A stretch of DNA of 62,464 nt, counting the filler, from Nemertoderma westbladi (lineage: Eukaryota; Animalia; Xenacoelomorpha), in NCBI GenBank assembly GCA_032718475.1. It is 3 parts of 3 records of this genome, joined end to end, with 100 filler letters (N's around TTAATTAATTAA, not from the genome) between each part and the next. Parts side by side here need not be neighbours in the genome. Positions count along the whole stretch, not along the records: positions 19,589 to 42,748 come from JAUCBJ010000596.1; 2 more parts are not named here. One strand, given 5' to 3'. The position numbers and the translations under genes are program-made. Each line of letters starts with the position of its first letter. Position 1 is the stretch's first letter. Below the pieces are notes generated by a model. The model had not been told where the DNA came from and ran no database searches. It was given only the letters and a program-made list of their open reading frames with translations. Below are positions 25,560 through 38,463 of this stretch, piece by piece.

Positions 25560-26065
25560 TATGTTTCTTGCGGCTTCCTATAAAGTGGAAACGAACGAAC
25601 CGTGATAAATTAAACAGTGCTAAGCACGATGAACTGTAGCTCTATTCGCCCCCTAGCGGCAGACATAGGAACTGTAAAAGTCTGTCTGTGTGTAGGTTTT
25701 CTAATTAAGAAATGCTCGTAGTTTACTACTACCAAATTTCAGATGAATCTGATGGTTGGTTCTATAATTACAGCTACTTTTACGTTTCTGTAAATTCGTC
25801 CCCTAGCGGCAGACAAAGGAACTATAGAAGTATCTGCATTCGGCTATGTGTAGAATTTCTAAACTTTTGATAGACTACATGTGTACCAAATTTGGTTTCA
25901 TTTCATCCATGATTGACCGACTTATTAGCGTTCAAACATTCCTGACACACACACACAAGCCATCCAGTGTGACGGGATCGATTCTGAGACCCCGACCGGG
26001 TAAGGTTGTACGCGTCACTTGGCTGCTGGGCTAATATCTTTGGCCGAAGGCCGGTTGGAAAATAA
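25560..26065 (+). mobile_element. Helentron/HINE-like non-autonomous repeat with two CTCF-like sites
   Basis: ~150-bp internal monomers with CCAAATTT motifs, (CA)n tract ~25945, 3' palindrome GGCCGAAGGCC ~26042; CTCF-like sites at 25647 and 25797; inverted relative at 32380-32640. Confidence 0.55.
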
Positions 26066-26629
26066 TACAGTTTGTTTCTCCGTATTAATAATTGCAGTGA
26101 TAATAGCACAGTCGGATATATAATTGAGTTAACAGCAACATTATAGTCTATATAAATTGCGATATGAAATGACGATATAGATTGTAATACAAATGACGGT
26201 CAAAACTATGCCGGTCTGCAACTGTGTGAAAACCAACTGACCGGTAAATCGGTAACTAGAGTAACTATATAATTGATACATATTGGTTTCAGCTCTGCAC
26301 TACTGTGGCCTTTGGTACTCAATGGATGCGCTGCTATCCCCCCAATGTATTTCCTTGCCAGCTGTTGGCTTAACTATTAATTCTCGCCTCGCCACTCCCT
26401 CTTGGTGTTACCCCCTGCTGCTAGCCTCCACTAGCTGGGATGTCCCTCTGAGGTGGTTTGACCTCTCACCTCTCTCTGTGGCTTAGGGCGTGTGTCGCCC
26501 CCCCCCCCCCCCGAGTTGGTTATGAGTCGAGATTATTTATTGGTAATCTCGCATCGCCAACTATATTGGTAAAATGCCACTGGTCCCATTTTGGGTGGGT
26601 AATGTAGGGAATTGAATCCGCTTACATTA

Positions 26630-28115
26630 TACTACTACTAGGTCTAGCGAACTCGGACAGTGGAAATGAGATCCTTCTAGGCTTCCCGATTCTCCATAGT
26701 TGTCGCAATTTCGTTTCTCCCAAGTTCAGTATCCCTTTCAAGTTGATCTATATATGTTATGGCCGGTCGTCCACGACTACGCTTTCCATGAGTTTGTTGC
26801 CAGAGAAGTAGATCTGGTATGACCTCGTCTTTACTTCGCCAGCAGTGCCCACTGAATCTTAATCTGCGTTCACGGAGGGTGGTTGATACAGGTGGTATTG
26901 TACCATAAAGCTCGGCGTTTGTCATGTGTTGTCTCCAGCTGATGTTTAGGGCTGCCCGTAGTAGTCTTGTGTAGCAACCATCAATTCGTTGCTCAAGTGA
27001 TTTAGTCAGTGTCCAGGTCTCACCCCCATATAAAAATACACTTTCCACTGTGGCTCGAAAGAACTTAGTCTTCAGGTGCCTGGAGAGATCTGATTTCCAG
27101 ATGGTATCCATTTTTGATAGAGCTACCCAAGCCTTTGCTTTCCTAACTTCTATGTCCTTTTTGCTACTCTCTATCCATGATCCAAGGTACTGGAAGTCAT
27201 CGACCTTCCTTAGTTGATTATTATCAATGGTTGTCAAGTTTCCATCAACATTAAAGGTCATGAATTCGGTCTTTGTAGCATTTATATGCAATCCAACCTC
27301 CTTAGCAGCCCTCTCCACTTTATTTAGTAGAAGCTGTGCATCTGCTAGCGTATTAGAGAGCAGGGCGATGTCATCCGCAAAGTCGGTGTCTGTGACTGTA
27401 GTTGCCGGATATCTACTACTTCTGCGTTCTTGAAGTGTGAATCCCAGGTCTTCACCCTTTGTGGCCGTCCTCATTGCGTAATCCAGCACAATTACAAATA
27501 GTAATGGTGCTAATGTGTCACCTTGCAGTACGCCAGCCAGGATTGAGAAAAACTCAGTTTCACCATCTGGTGAGAGTACCTGCGCTTCTGTGTCACAATA
27601 TAACAATCCAATGCCAGTAACAATTACTTCTGGTATTCCATAAGCTCTTAGGATTTCAAGCATTTTACCTCTATGGATGGAGTCGAATGCCTTCTTGAAG
27701 TCCACAAAAGTCATGACTGCGGGGAGATTCTTTGACTTAATTCCTTCAATCAGTCTCCGTAGTGGAAGTATCTGAGCTATTGTTGATCTACTTGGTCGAA
27801 ATCCGTTTTGGCTCTTACGCAGTAGTTTCTCTATGTGAGGCCTAATTTTATTGTATATTTCGGCAGCTACCACAAGCAGACAGATCCCACGATAGTTTGT
27901 TGGTATGCCGAGGTCTCCTTTCTTGGGGAGAGGCTTTAGTTGACCTTTAGTCCAAATTGGTGGTGGCTTTTCCCCTTTTAACATCCGGTTGCAAACATTC
28001 AATAATGGTCTGTTTAGCACTCCTGTTTTCCACACCTCCGCTGGGATTTCTTCTAATCCACTCGCTTTATTATTGGACATGCTTTTAATGCTTCTTTGGA
28101 GTTCGTTTACATTCA
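26630..28115 (-). mobile_element. 5'-truncated RTE-clade LINE, ORF nearly intact
   Basis: ORF 26677-28134: NYRGICL, QNGFR, FVDFKKAFDS, GVLQGDTLAP, DFADD, YLGS, FSGHCWR, RGRP; (TAG)n tail at ~26630-26641. Confidence 0.92.
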
Positions 28116-28677
28116 GCCAGCCAAAAACAAACAAACAAAAACAAACTAATAATACCTGCAGGAACTCTATGAGTGAGGAGCTATGAGCTGCAGGATCTAT
28201 GAGTGTCTATCTATGATGCGATTTTATATGGTTATTATAAATTTTTTGCGATCAAAATCATGCAAATTCCTTAAATATTCCCGAGTACTGGTCTAGACGT
28301 GACTTCTGTGCAACCGGTAGTCTGTCCAGGATTGCCTACCACCCAGGAGAGTGAACTCTGTGTTGCCACTCACCTGGAATACCTGGAATAGTCAGGAAAT
28401 TTCCTTTTTCTTGAAATGTCAGGGAATTCTAGTAAAAATTGGAGAAATCAGGGAAAAGTCAGGGAATGTGTCATAAGAGAAAAAGTGTAAAATAATTGTC
28501 CTCGCTTCGCTCGCCATTCCGTTTCCTTACATCACTAAATATAAAGTCAGAATTTTTCAAGAACTCCGTGTTTCAAAGTTTATTATAGAAATTATTAAGA
28601 AAAACAATTAAAAAAATAGAAATTTAACGATGTAAATCAGAGAATTCTTGGTTTTGTGCTGCACTTTATAAACTCAC

Positions 28678-31600
28678 CAATTGTTTCTTCATTTCTGTAA
28701 CGTCTTTCTGGTGCTGTTTATCGAGCTCTTTGACGCGGAGTCGACGTAGTTCGTCCTGAGCCGCTTGAAGGATTCGCGTCATCTTGGGAATCTCATTGGT
28801 CGTTAATTCCTCCAATGAGAGGTCGTCCAGATACATGTCCTTGCCTTCTATGAGGGGCAGGTCAACATCGGCAGACAAACCGAACACCTGTTCCCTTAAG
28901 TACCTTAAAGTGTTTATAAAAAGGTTTAAAGCAAACACAGTACGTATACTTTGTTTATCAACAATTATTGAGAACTACCGGTAGCTAACAAAGTAGAAAA
29001 ATACATCAGAGATATGTATTTATGTTTTTTTTATGTCCGCGTAGCGAGACCTCTAGTATTCACTCCGCTGCTGTTGTTGGGGTTGTTGTTAATTTCCAGT
29101 TGGGTTCTGGTTTTAATGCTTCATACGGCGCAGTGGCGAAGTTGGTAGAGCGTTGGACTTGGAATCTCTAGGTACCGAGTTCAATCCCCAGTGAATTTTT
29201 TTTGTAGTAAGATTGGTTATAATAAATAAGGCATTCAAGGAGACAGTTCATGCGTTATAGTAAACGCGGATCTTTGCGCTAATTCGCGCTTGTTTAACTA
29301 CATAACAGCTAACCTGTAGGCCACATTTAGGGATTCGTATTTCTTCGTTAAACTCTTATTTTCTTCCTTGAATTTGTGGGCTCCCTCCGCAAGTTGTTCC
29401 TCTCGGGTTCTAAAGAAAATATAAGTAATCTAAGAGAGTGAACAAACTAATATAATGTATAAATAAAAAAAGTATACCTTAACTGGCCACAGAATATAAT
29501 TATCTAAAAATAAACGTATATGCGGAAACGTAAATGAAAGATTAGTGCCTATCGATTAATTTTGTTTTAATTGGCTTAAATGAATTTTATAAAATAATTC
29601 ACATTCATTATGTGAATAAAGAATAAGCCAGATATATTTTCATTTAAATTTTTTCCAGTTATGGCCAACGAATTTATAATATAATAACAAATAAAAGATA
29701 TAATTTCGTAATGAACATTGAATTCTGTTATAGTTCCTACTCGAATCTCCAGGATCTCACCTATGCGATCTTTTAATATCTTTGACCATAGTTTCCATGT
29801 AACTCTTCAGTTTAATATTCTTCTCATCCTGTGGCCTCGAACTGTCGACATATTCGGCAATATCCTCTATATACCTAACCAACCTATTCCTGTACTCGGT
29901 GTTCAACTCTTTCAGTTTATTCTGTAAATGGGAATTCTCATCCTGGATGCTCTTGATCTTGCCTTTATTATGGATGACATCCCCTGAAATGAAACAATTC
30001 ATTTTATATTGGCGGATTGACATCGATTGAAACTAATTAACATCAATTAAAGTAGATTATTAGCTTAAAGATTAAAAAAACTACAACTATAAACCCACGA
30101 ATGAATTTGTTAGCAGACCTATACCGGTATGGCAATAAAGACTTTAATTCCCGCCTCATTTGCGGACAAAAAATTAATTATCTACTCCACTATATTTACT
30201 TTAATTTATTGGAAATGTTCTAAGGGTCTTAACCTCGTAATATAAGTTTATTTTACAGAAAATAAATCATTTTTTATTGTTGCAAATGTTTGAATATCCA
30301 ACTATTAATACAAAGCAATCCAAGCTCGTTGAAAATATCTGAACCAATAAAACCAATAATATATTGAAATAAAGTGATAAAATATATTGATATTCAATGT
30401 AATTAATGTTGGAAGTCAGAAAACCGAATTATTTAGTAATTATTATAATTATTAATTAATGGCGTATTAATGACCTGCGTTTTCAGCGTTTCGCTTTTGT
30501 GCTTCTCTCAAGGCGATCCTCGCATCTTGCAACTCTTTCGTTAGGTTCTGCAATCGGCCCTCTAACTGCCCGTATTCAGAGTCGTGCAAATAGCGAATCT
30601 TCTGCAGAGCATCTTTAAACCTGCAGATTAGGATACCCAAATTATATTCAAATAGTCCAAATATAATAATTATTAATCACACTGAAATATAGACAATAAT
30701 TAATTAATTAACAATAAATAACTAAATAAATAGAATTCTCTTCGTTAAATTAAATAACCTTGAAAAATTTAACTTAATTAATGAAATATTTTAATTGTTA
30801 CAAAAATTTAAAGCTATTTAAATGATAAACCAATAGCAATAATGTTGGACAACCACGACCTGTATTATTGTTTATATTATTAATCTGGCCTAAATAAATA
30901 AAATAAACTAATGAGGCGACCCACTTCTCGTGGTCTCCCATTATGGCGCGCTCCAATCGTTCCCGCTCATCCTCGTCTACCAGTAGTCTCTCGGCGCGTT
31001 TGTTGGAGGTGAGTCGGTTCACCAGACTCCGTATTCGCTCCAACTCGGTACTCGCCAGTATGTAGGCGTCCTGGGCCCGATCCAAGGTGGCGTTGTGGCC
31101 CCTTAGCGTAGCTTCTTTGTTGTTAACCAAGTTGAGTAACTCAACGCTGAGTTCCTCATTGCGGGCCACCTAAATTTAGTAAATTACTTTGTTTGATTTA
31201 ATTATATTTTTTCCTTTCACAAATATAGTCACATAGAGAGTATACAGGAAATATAGCCGACACCCAGCCATCATTAAATTATATTTAGAAAGGTGTTGAG
31301 GAAATTGGGTTAGGAGACTAAAACTAAAAACCATCTACCGACGTTGTTCCACTGAGATTCTTTACTCGATTCGATACTGAGACTGAGACTGGTACGGGGC
31401 TATAGATCTTCGAGAATTCGGAGAACTTTGAGGTTTAAAGTCCAGCCCTCCGTTTAATACGGCTAGGTAGCCGATTCAGTAACTCTAACCTCGCGAAACC
31501 TGTTTCTTACGATCTCAGCTGGCGGGAACGCGGATGAAGTCGCTGCGGATATCGCTCTTAATGTCGGAACCGATCTTGGGTACCGGTTTCTCGTAGTCGC

Positions 31601-34600
31601 AAATAACCAGTCGGACCTCCGAGGGAAGCAACTCTCGTTATTACGGGCCCCAAAATTTATTTATTACACCATATGTTGTGATTCCTGTCGTGGTGGGAAT
31701 ATCCGACAAATTTGCACCAATCCTGAATCCATCGAGACTACCGAGGGAGATATAACCAACGACCTTCCGGGTTTACTATATTCGGGTTCGGGTTGGTACT
31801 TCTCCATAGACTTTATTTCGTTTATTCGATCCATACAGAGTGCCCCACCACTAGTCGTAATATAGTCGAATAGAGTACGATGACGATCGATAAATTTCAG
31901 GCAACGACTTCTCAACTTCTTCTTCGAAATTGGAGCACACTTCCCTTGGTTATCGTAGATAATACGAGTTTGATAGACGCTCTGTTTGAAAACCACCCAA
32001 AATGATAGGATCGGTTCTGTTCGGCCGCCGGTACGTTCCGAGTCCTTTTAAGGCTCGACCTAATAACGGACAACCAAAGACTGCGTAGATTCCGGGTTCG
32101 GCTGTCATCTTGTTCCTTCCGGCGAAGGAGACGACTTGAACTTTCTCCGTTAGCAAATCTTTCCATACTTTGTTAAAATTCTTCGAATCGGGTTGAGGAT
32201 ATTGAAATAGTTAGGTATATTCGTTCGAATCATGAAGTAACTGGGCGTTCATACAGGTACCGTTCATACCGGTAATATTTACGTATTTCTATCTGAAATC
32301 CAGAGAAACAGTCTTTCTTTACAGTAATACAGTAATATTTTGAACTTTAATACGTAGGCATCTGTCATGGAAAAGTTTAGAAATTCTAGACACCGACAGA
32401 CTGTCATAGTTCCTTTGTCTGCCGCTAGGGGGCGAATTGACGGAAATGAAAAGTAGCTGTAATTATAGAACCAACAATCAGATTCATCTGAAATTTGGTA
32501 GTCGTAAGTAACCTACGAGCACTGCTTAATTATAAATTATACACACAGAGAGACTTTTACAGTTCCTCTGCCTGCCGCTATAGGGGGTGAATTGTCAGAG
32601 CTCCTGTTCATCGTGCTTGTGCTTAGCACGGTTTAATTATTCTCGTGCAGTTTTCAAATGAATTCCAACCATTTTCTTTCTTTTCTAACTTTTTTCCCTT
32701 TTTTCTTTCTTTTATATGCGTACCATCTTCGCTGATTTTAGCCTCCCGGCTATATTATCAAGTTGTGAGTGCAGGTCCCTGACAGCTTTAGCACGTCACT
32801 GTACACACATAGGATATTATAATCCATCACATACTGTAGATCCATACGAGGTGAACCGAAGTTCCATAAAGGGAATATTATTGATATATCCAGTAATTTT
32901 AAATATTAATCATTAGTGTAGTTGTTTCTCTTTCAGAACGAAAATATTGCGGAATGGGTGTTGGGAAACCAAGCCGGAAGCAACAGCGAGCTAGTTACAC
33001 CGCCTACCGGTACCCCCCTGAATGAAGACCAACGTAGACAGACAGCAAATACTCTAATGGGTTCATGCTTGGGAATACGTCGTATGCCTCCTATGGATGG
33101 TTCCCTCCTAATTCTGTGGTGTTTTTGCCGAAGGGTACCGAGGTGCGTTAGATGTTCTTCTAGCTTAGGAAAATTTTCTTTATCATCTTCAGTTATCACG
33201 CTAGTATAAGATTGGGTAGCTCACTCGTATTTTTTTATAGTACTCCTGACCTTTTGCAGCTTTTGATGAATATCATTATTCGGGGAATCGAATCTTTGGA
33301 ATATCTTCTCGATTCGTGTATGTATGTAGGCCCTTCTTACTATTACTCTTGAGAGTTCCTAACGTACGAGCCTCATTCAGGACGTCCAAATCCTGATCTA
33401 AGTATGTTCGACAGTCACTCCGCTTGGTATGGATGATTCGTTGTCCATCATTCTAGCGCTGCTCGTATTGCTATGAACGCGATTGCATAGAACAACACCT
33501 CGTGGGTTTGAACTCTGTCTGTACCAATCGAAGGATGATTCTAAACTGTCCCAAATGAGTCCCTTGCATTTCTACTTCAGTAGCTCCATATTCCCTCCTC
33601 AGTTTGGATTATCACGATTGGTGTAATGGACACTTCCATCACCTTTTGAACTTTTTATTGTTATTAACAGATCTTTGATCTCTGGACTGAGTATTTAATT
33701 TAGTTAAGTTAAGTTAAATTAGTGTTATACTACAAATTTACCAATTCAAATACTCTGATTTCCTCGTTGGGAGTAGTGCTGGTCAAGCACGGAGAGAGAT
33801 GATTGCGACTGCCCTAGGATTAATATACTAAAACCTATGCATTATTACCTGCAGTAGTGCCCCAAAACATACCTCGCTTTCTGCAGATTAGTTCTGGATT
33901 TGTAATTCCATTAACCCTATCCATACCGGGGGGGGGGGACTTTTGGAGACGCACTTTATTTGATTGCTTGGTTCAAAGCCAAACCACTTTTATTGCAAGT
34001 GAAATTCCGTTACTTTTCCTAAAATTTATTATTCTTTATCTTAAAACAAAAATTAATTTTCATATTATTATTTATGACCATGAAAATGACTCGTAAACTG
34101 ACCTGTCTCTGAAACTGTCATATTATTGCTGAACTATTATAGGCGGGAAATTTAAAATTCAATCAATTTAATATAAATTTAAAATCAATTTAAACATAAT
34201 TATAGTATATAAATATTATATTTCAGCATTAGTGTGTGGCATATTTGGATAGAGGAATAAATTTTGTATCTAAAACTTTTTACTTTAAAGTAATATCATT
34301 ACACCACACAAAGTTATATGCTTCCAAACTTTACGTCCCCAAAAGTCCCCCCCCCCCCCCCCCCCCCCCCGGTAGTTTGAGCGTCTAAAGTACCCCGGTA
34401 TGGATAGGGTTAACTTGAAGCAAAACACTTAAAAGATTAAAGCTAAACGCTACCTAAACTGAAAGTAAATTACCTCCCGATCGTAATCCTTAGCCAAGCC
34501 GAGGTAGTTTGACTTGAGTACAACGTATTCATCGGCTAATTGTTTCCTGCTGTGTTCCACATCTTCCAGTTTGTCTCGACTCTCCTTGGCGATTTTCTCC

Positions 34601-37600
34601 GACTTCTCTTTGTCGATTTCCAACTCCATCATGCGGTTCTCAAGCAGAAGGGCTTTGTTCGTCAAATCGAATTTGGTCTGCTCGGCGTCTTCGCGAATCT
34701 TGTTGTTCTCTATTTGAAGGTCAACTAAAGCTTTAGAAACCTGAAAAAAAATATATTGTACATGGATTGTAAGTTAAGTCGCGTACAGCCGATGAGATAA
34801 ACTAATACTATGTAAAAATAATAACAAATACACCAAACAATGTACTGTAGACCTACTAACTGTAGGTATTGTCCAACATGCTGTAACATAAAGGATTAGT
34901 TTACGTGTTTACCCCTAAATATTTCCAGCTCATTTCCAAGGGGGTTCTGTATGTTACTTGGTTACAATGATACTATATTACATGAACACACTAGCCTACG
35001 CTAACCTAAAACAATTATACTGTAGAACTATAAAATAATAAAGCAAATGACTAATGCTAAATAAAAAGTCACTAAAAAAGGTTGTGATATGTTGTAGCTG
35101 GGAGGTGTGAACTGTTTGATACATAAACTGTTACAGTAGTACTGTAGTTATCACATCCAACAAATTCACAAGAGATTCACATGCTTGGATTATTTTCATT
35201 AATATATTTCAGTCTGAATAAAAAAATAAATATATTTATTTACCTTAAGTTTTTCCTCCTCAGACATAACGAAGTTTGAACTAAGATCGCGTTTGGCTGA
35301 GGCTAAATCGTTGAGTTTCATGTGCATGCTCTCCAGTTTGTTATAAAGACGTTCGTTCTTGTCCCGAAGAGCGACAGCCTCAGCTTGCACGTGTTGGTTA
35401 TCCTCCTAGGTAAGAACCAATGAGTTCATTTTTTTGCGTATATTGAACGTAATATACAGTTTAGTAGGCTATACGATCAATTTTTCAATGTATTAAATTA
35501 AAAGTAAAAGTGAAGTTGTATTCAGTCATTAGGTCAGGGATTTACTACGCGCACAACGCTACGATGCACATGCTGACGACTTATTTCCAGTGTGGTCCCC
35601 CTCCTAACTATACTCCCCAGAGGAAAATTCCAGTACTCATTTAGATACCATGTAAGGCTGCAAGGCAGAGATGCGCCCTTTAAAGCATTCGTGTCGAAAC
35701 CAAAACTCCCCGGCCCCCGTGCAGGGATCGAACCCACGACCTCCGGAGAGATGTGAATTCAATGTAACGGATTTAACCACTACGCCAACGTAGAACCAAA
35801 CAAACAAACAAAATACAAACAATAAAATTAATAAACAATAAAAATAATAGCAAACTAGTATAATACAAATAAATCTACCTGTAATACTACTGTATAACTG
35901 TAACTCGAATGTAAGCAGTCTGACCAGAAACGTAGTAGACATTGACTTCAAATTTAGCACAAACGTGATACTAATTTTCTGGACTTACTGGGGTTTTTTT
36001 TGCTTTGTATCTTTTCGTTAACCAATAAGAATTACACGGTTCTCCCCACAACAATAACTTACATCTTTATCGCCGTGGTAGGATTTATTAGCGCCACTCT
36101 GTGGTCCGAAATCCGAAGCCAAAGATATAATTCGCGCGCGGAATTGGGTCTGTAACCCCAGTCCAAAGCTGTCGTTCATTATTGGGAAATTTTTCACCTA
36201 CGAAGCAATTAAATCAATAAATTTATTTAATAACAATAATAATAAATTAGATATTAATTTTTTTCATAACAAAAATTAAAATAATATAATTTAATAAATA
36301 TTCCATATAATAAATCAATTTTTGTAATATTTTATAACGTTATTTATAAATAATTCGCCAGCACATCGATATTAGCGTTATTGACATTTAGATGTTAAAT
36401 TTAATTTGAAATATGTTACAATATAATGATTTAATAGTACAGGTAGTTTATAAATATTAAACTTATGGTAATTTTGGAAGTAATAATTCAAACAGATAAA
36501 TGTAGGTAATGCTGTCAGTGGTCTACTGTAGTAATGTGGTCAGTGGAGTACAAATGCAGTTTTGTTCATTCTGTAGTTACTGTACTGTACATATTTACAT
36601 ACAGTGTGTTTATACAATAAATAATAACAATAGAAAAGTTTTAACGGTAAATTACAGATCTAGAAGAAGTGGTAAATAAAGTCTTTCTTTTTTTACTGGG
36701 TAATACATATACATCAGGGTAATAATAACTAACTTGGGTCATTTGTGATGCTGTACGCAAAAGAATGGATAGCACGTGTGGGTCACTATGGGGTCGCAGA
36801 TTTAGCATCACTCTGGTTTTACAGTTACCGCCAAACTGTTCGCTGAGTAACTGGGTGAGCGGCGATTCGCCGTAATCGATGACGCGGTTGGGTTGCGGCG
36901 AGTTGGCGAGGTTCGCGATGAGTCTACTGAACGCGAACACCCCGTGGTTCAGCGTAGGCCCTTCTCGCATCCTCAGCTGGGTGGGGTCTTCAGATAGTTT
37001 CTCTGCAGAGGGCATGTCAACGATAACAAACCTGCAATGAATAATTATTAGACATTTAAAATAAGTTTATGGGTTAAAATACAGATTAGTACTACTGTAT
37101 TATACACAGCTAGGCCTACTGTATAATCTCACTAGGCATACTGTAGTTGTGATACAGTTGTCCCCCATGATTCAGAGTCCACCAGTAAACTACATACCTG
37201 TAACATACAGTGTAGATATACATCTGCAGATAACTTTACTGTACTGTATATGTACAGTACTGTACATTATTACAGTATGTTACAATTTTGCACTGTACAT
37301 GGTTGTTACCTGGTGCATTTCCAATATGTAGGCCTACAGTACTGTTGAATTAAACGAATTGAACTAATGAATTAAACAGTTTTACATGTACACAGGGTTA
37401 ATTTTACATGAGTAAAATAAATTAAACAAAATACAGTAATTTACGTCCCCTTTTAGTTAATAAGGGCAGAAATAGAGCAGAAATCGATAGAAACTCAAAT
37501 TATTTTGTTCGTTTTGAGGGAGATACAGTATGTAGACCCCTGGCTTCCAACATTAGTGAATTTAGTTAATAAGGTAATAATTAATAATTGACAGAGTTTT

Positions 37601-37904
37601 TTTTACTGTAGGTCTAACATTTACTGTACATTTAGGCCTGCAGTACATTTAGTGTTCGCTACAAGAACAAAAAATTGCATTACTTATCCTGTAGATGGAA
37701 TACTAACCGACTGTGATTGGGTGATGGATTGCTACCGGTTACCATAGATAACTCGAATACAAGCATCACGGTGCTGTAGTTACTGATTGGTCCGTAGTCA
37801 GTCAAGGCTTGTGACCTCTTCCCCCAACCGTCTCGGAATGCTCTGGTTCCCTCAGAAGCAGAAGAGATGAAGGCTCGTTTAGCATCGGGACAGTAAAGTC
37901 CGTC
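28678..37904 (-). CDS. CCDC78: CCDC78-like coiled-coil protein with partial degenerate kinesin-motor-like N-terminus; exons 37708-37904, 36734-37031, 36063-36197, 35244-35405, 34474-34740, 30925-31169, 30475-30620, 29761-29983, 29314-29409, 28678-28903 (3' end not found)
   Basis: All ten exons have GT-AG boundaries with compatible phases and no stops; VMSEEEKLK/VSKALVDLQIENNKIRE..FDLTNKALLLENRMMELE resembles DUF4472; LKELNTEYRNRLVRYIEDIAEYVD and REEQLA resemble CCDC78 orthologues (from memory). Confidence 0.8.
29127..29203 (+). pseudogene. tRNA-derived sequence (SINE head or tRNA pseudogene) with Pol III terminator
   Basis: A box TGGCGAAGTTGG, B box GAGTTCAATCC, T8 run; acceptor stem pairs poorly. 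Confidence 0.6.
31330..33600 (-). pseudogene. Decayed orphan coding-like block inside the largest CCDC78 intron
   Basis: GC-elevated segment with overlapping minus-strand ORFs (31664-31996, 31912-32166, 32933-33199), interrupted by the CTCF-bearing repeat. Confidence 0.3.
32380..32640 (-). repeat. Inverted copy of the 25600-25830 repeat, with CTCF-like sites at 32405 and ~32557
   Basis: AAAAGTAGCTGTAATTATAGAACCAAC.ATCAGATTCATCTGAAATTTGGTAGT is the reverse complement of 25727-25782. Confidence 0.85.
33915..34409. mobile_element. piggyBac-type MITE
   Basis: TTAA on both sides (33911-14, 34410-13); 17-bp TIR CCCTATCCATACCGGGG; subterminal inverted GGGGGGACTTTTGG. Confidence 0.85.
34795..35012 (-). 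mobile_element. 3' UTR fragment of the LINE family at 51843-53294
   Basis: Shares AATAACAAATACACCAAACAATGTAC, TTACCCCTAAA, ATTTCCAAGGGG, ATGTTACTTGGTTACAA, CTACGCTAACCTAAAA with 51875-52035. Confidence 0.8.
35534..35792 (-). mobile_element. tRNA-derived SINE
   Basis: A box TGGCGTAGTGG, B box GGTTCGATCC, body TAAATGAGTACTGG, LINE-like tail GGACCACACTGGAAATAAG. Confidence 0.75.
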
Positions 37905-37999
37905 CTAAAAGACAATGGGTAAATAATATTTATTCCAGAACTTTAACATAATTGATTAATGCCATTACAGTATAACAGTGAGTTAATGATACACCATAC

Positions 38000-38029
38000 G
38001 AGCGGCGACCGTCGGCGGCAGGCGGCCAT
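38000..38029 (-). CDS. Candidate first coding exon of the CCDC78-like gene (MAACRRRSPL)
   Basis: AAAATGGCCGCC start context, phase-0 GTATGG donor, 95-bp intron joining in frame to 37904. Confidence 0.4.
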
Positions 38030-38269
38030 TTTACGTAATTTACAAAATTTGTAATTAATTAAATGTAATTTACTTGTAATCGCTCTAGAATTAGTCATCC
38101 TGTATACATAGAAGTGCGACATGTTTTCATCCACCCCAATACTTTTCCATAAACTAGAATCTTAAAAATAGTTCATATTGTTCCTTGTACTTGATACTGT
38201 ATATTGGTGGTAGACTCTGATCCCACGACGCTACGACCACTGTAAATGCAATACGCCCGTTTAAATCCC

Positions 38270-38463
38270 GTTGCTAAGGACATAGTCAATACTACTAACT
38301 TTGAAGGTCGTTTCCTTGGTTGCTATGGTAATTCCAAATAAATAAATATGCCAAGTTAAATTCGTCATATCCAAACTAGTAATCATTCATAAATTTTAAC
38401 TCGTCATATTTATTATACAGTAGCTGTTGTTATGGCAATTTCCTCCGTTGTTGCTATGTTTAA
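38270..38463. promoter_or_regulatory. Cluster of RFX X-box-like motifs (putative ciliary-gene promoter)
   Basis: GTTGCTAAGGACAT (38270), GTTTCCTTGGTTGC (38310) overlapping GTTGCTATGGTAAT (38319), GTTGTTATGGCAAT (38426), GTTGCTATG (38450). Confidence 0.6.

Noticed and set aside
28363-28470. Additional CCDC78 exon ending at a GTGAGT donor near 28373
   Set aside because: Looks like the end of a non-autonomous DNA transposon with repeated CCTGGAA/TCAGGGAA motifs; no coiled-coil frame
29127-29203. Functional tRNA-Pro(TGG)
   Set aside because: Acceptor and T stems pair poorly; kept only as a tRNA-derived remnant
36091-36108. CTCF-like GCGCCACTCTGTGG
   Set aside because: Lies inside a coding exon and lacks the upstream module
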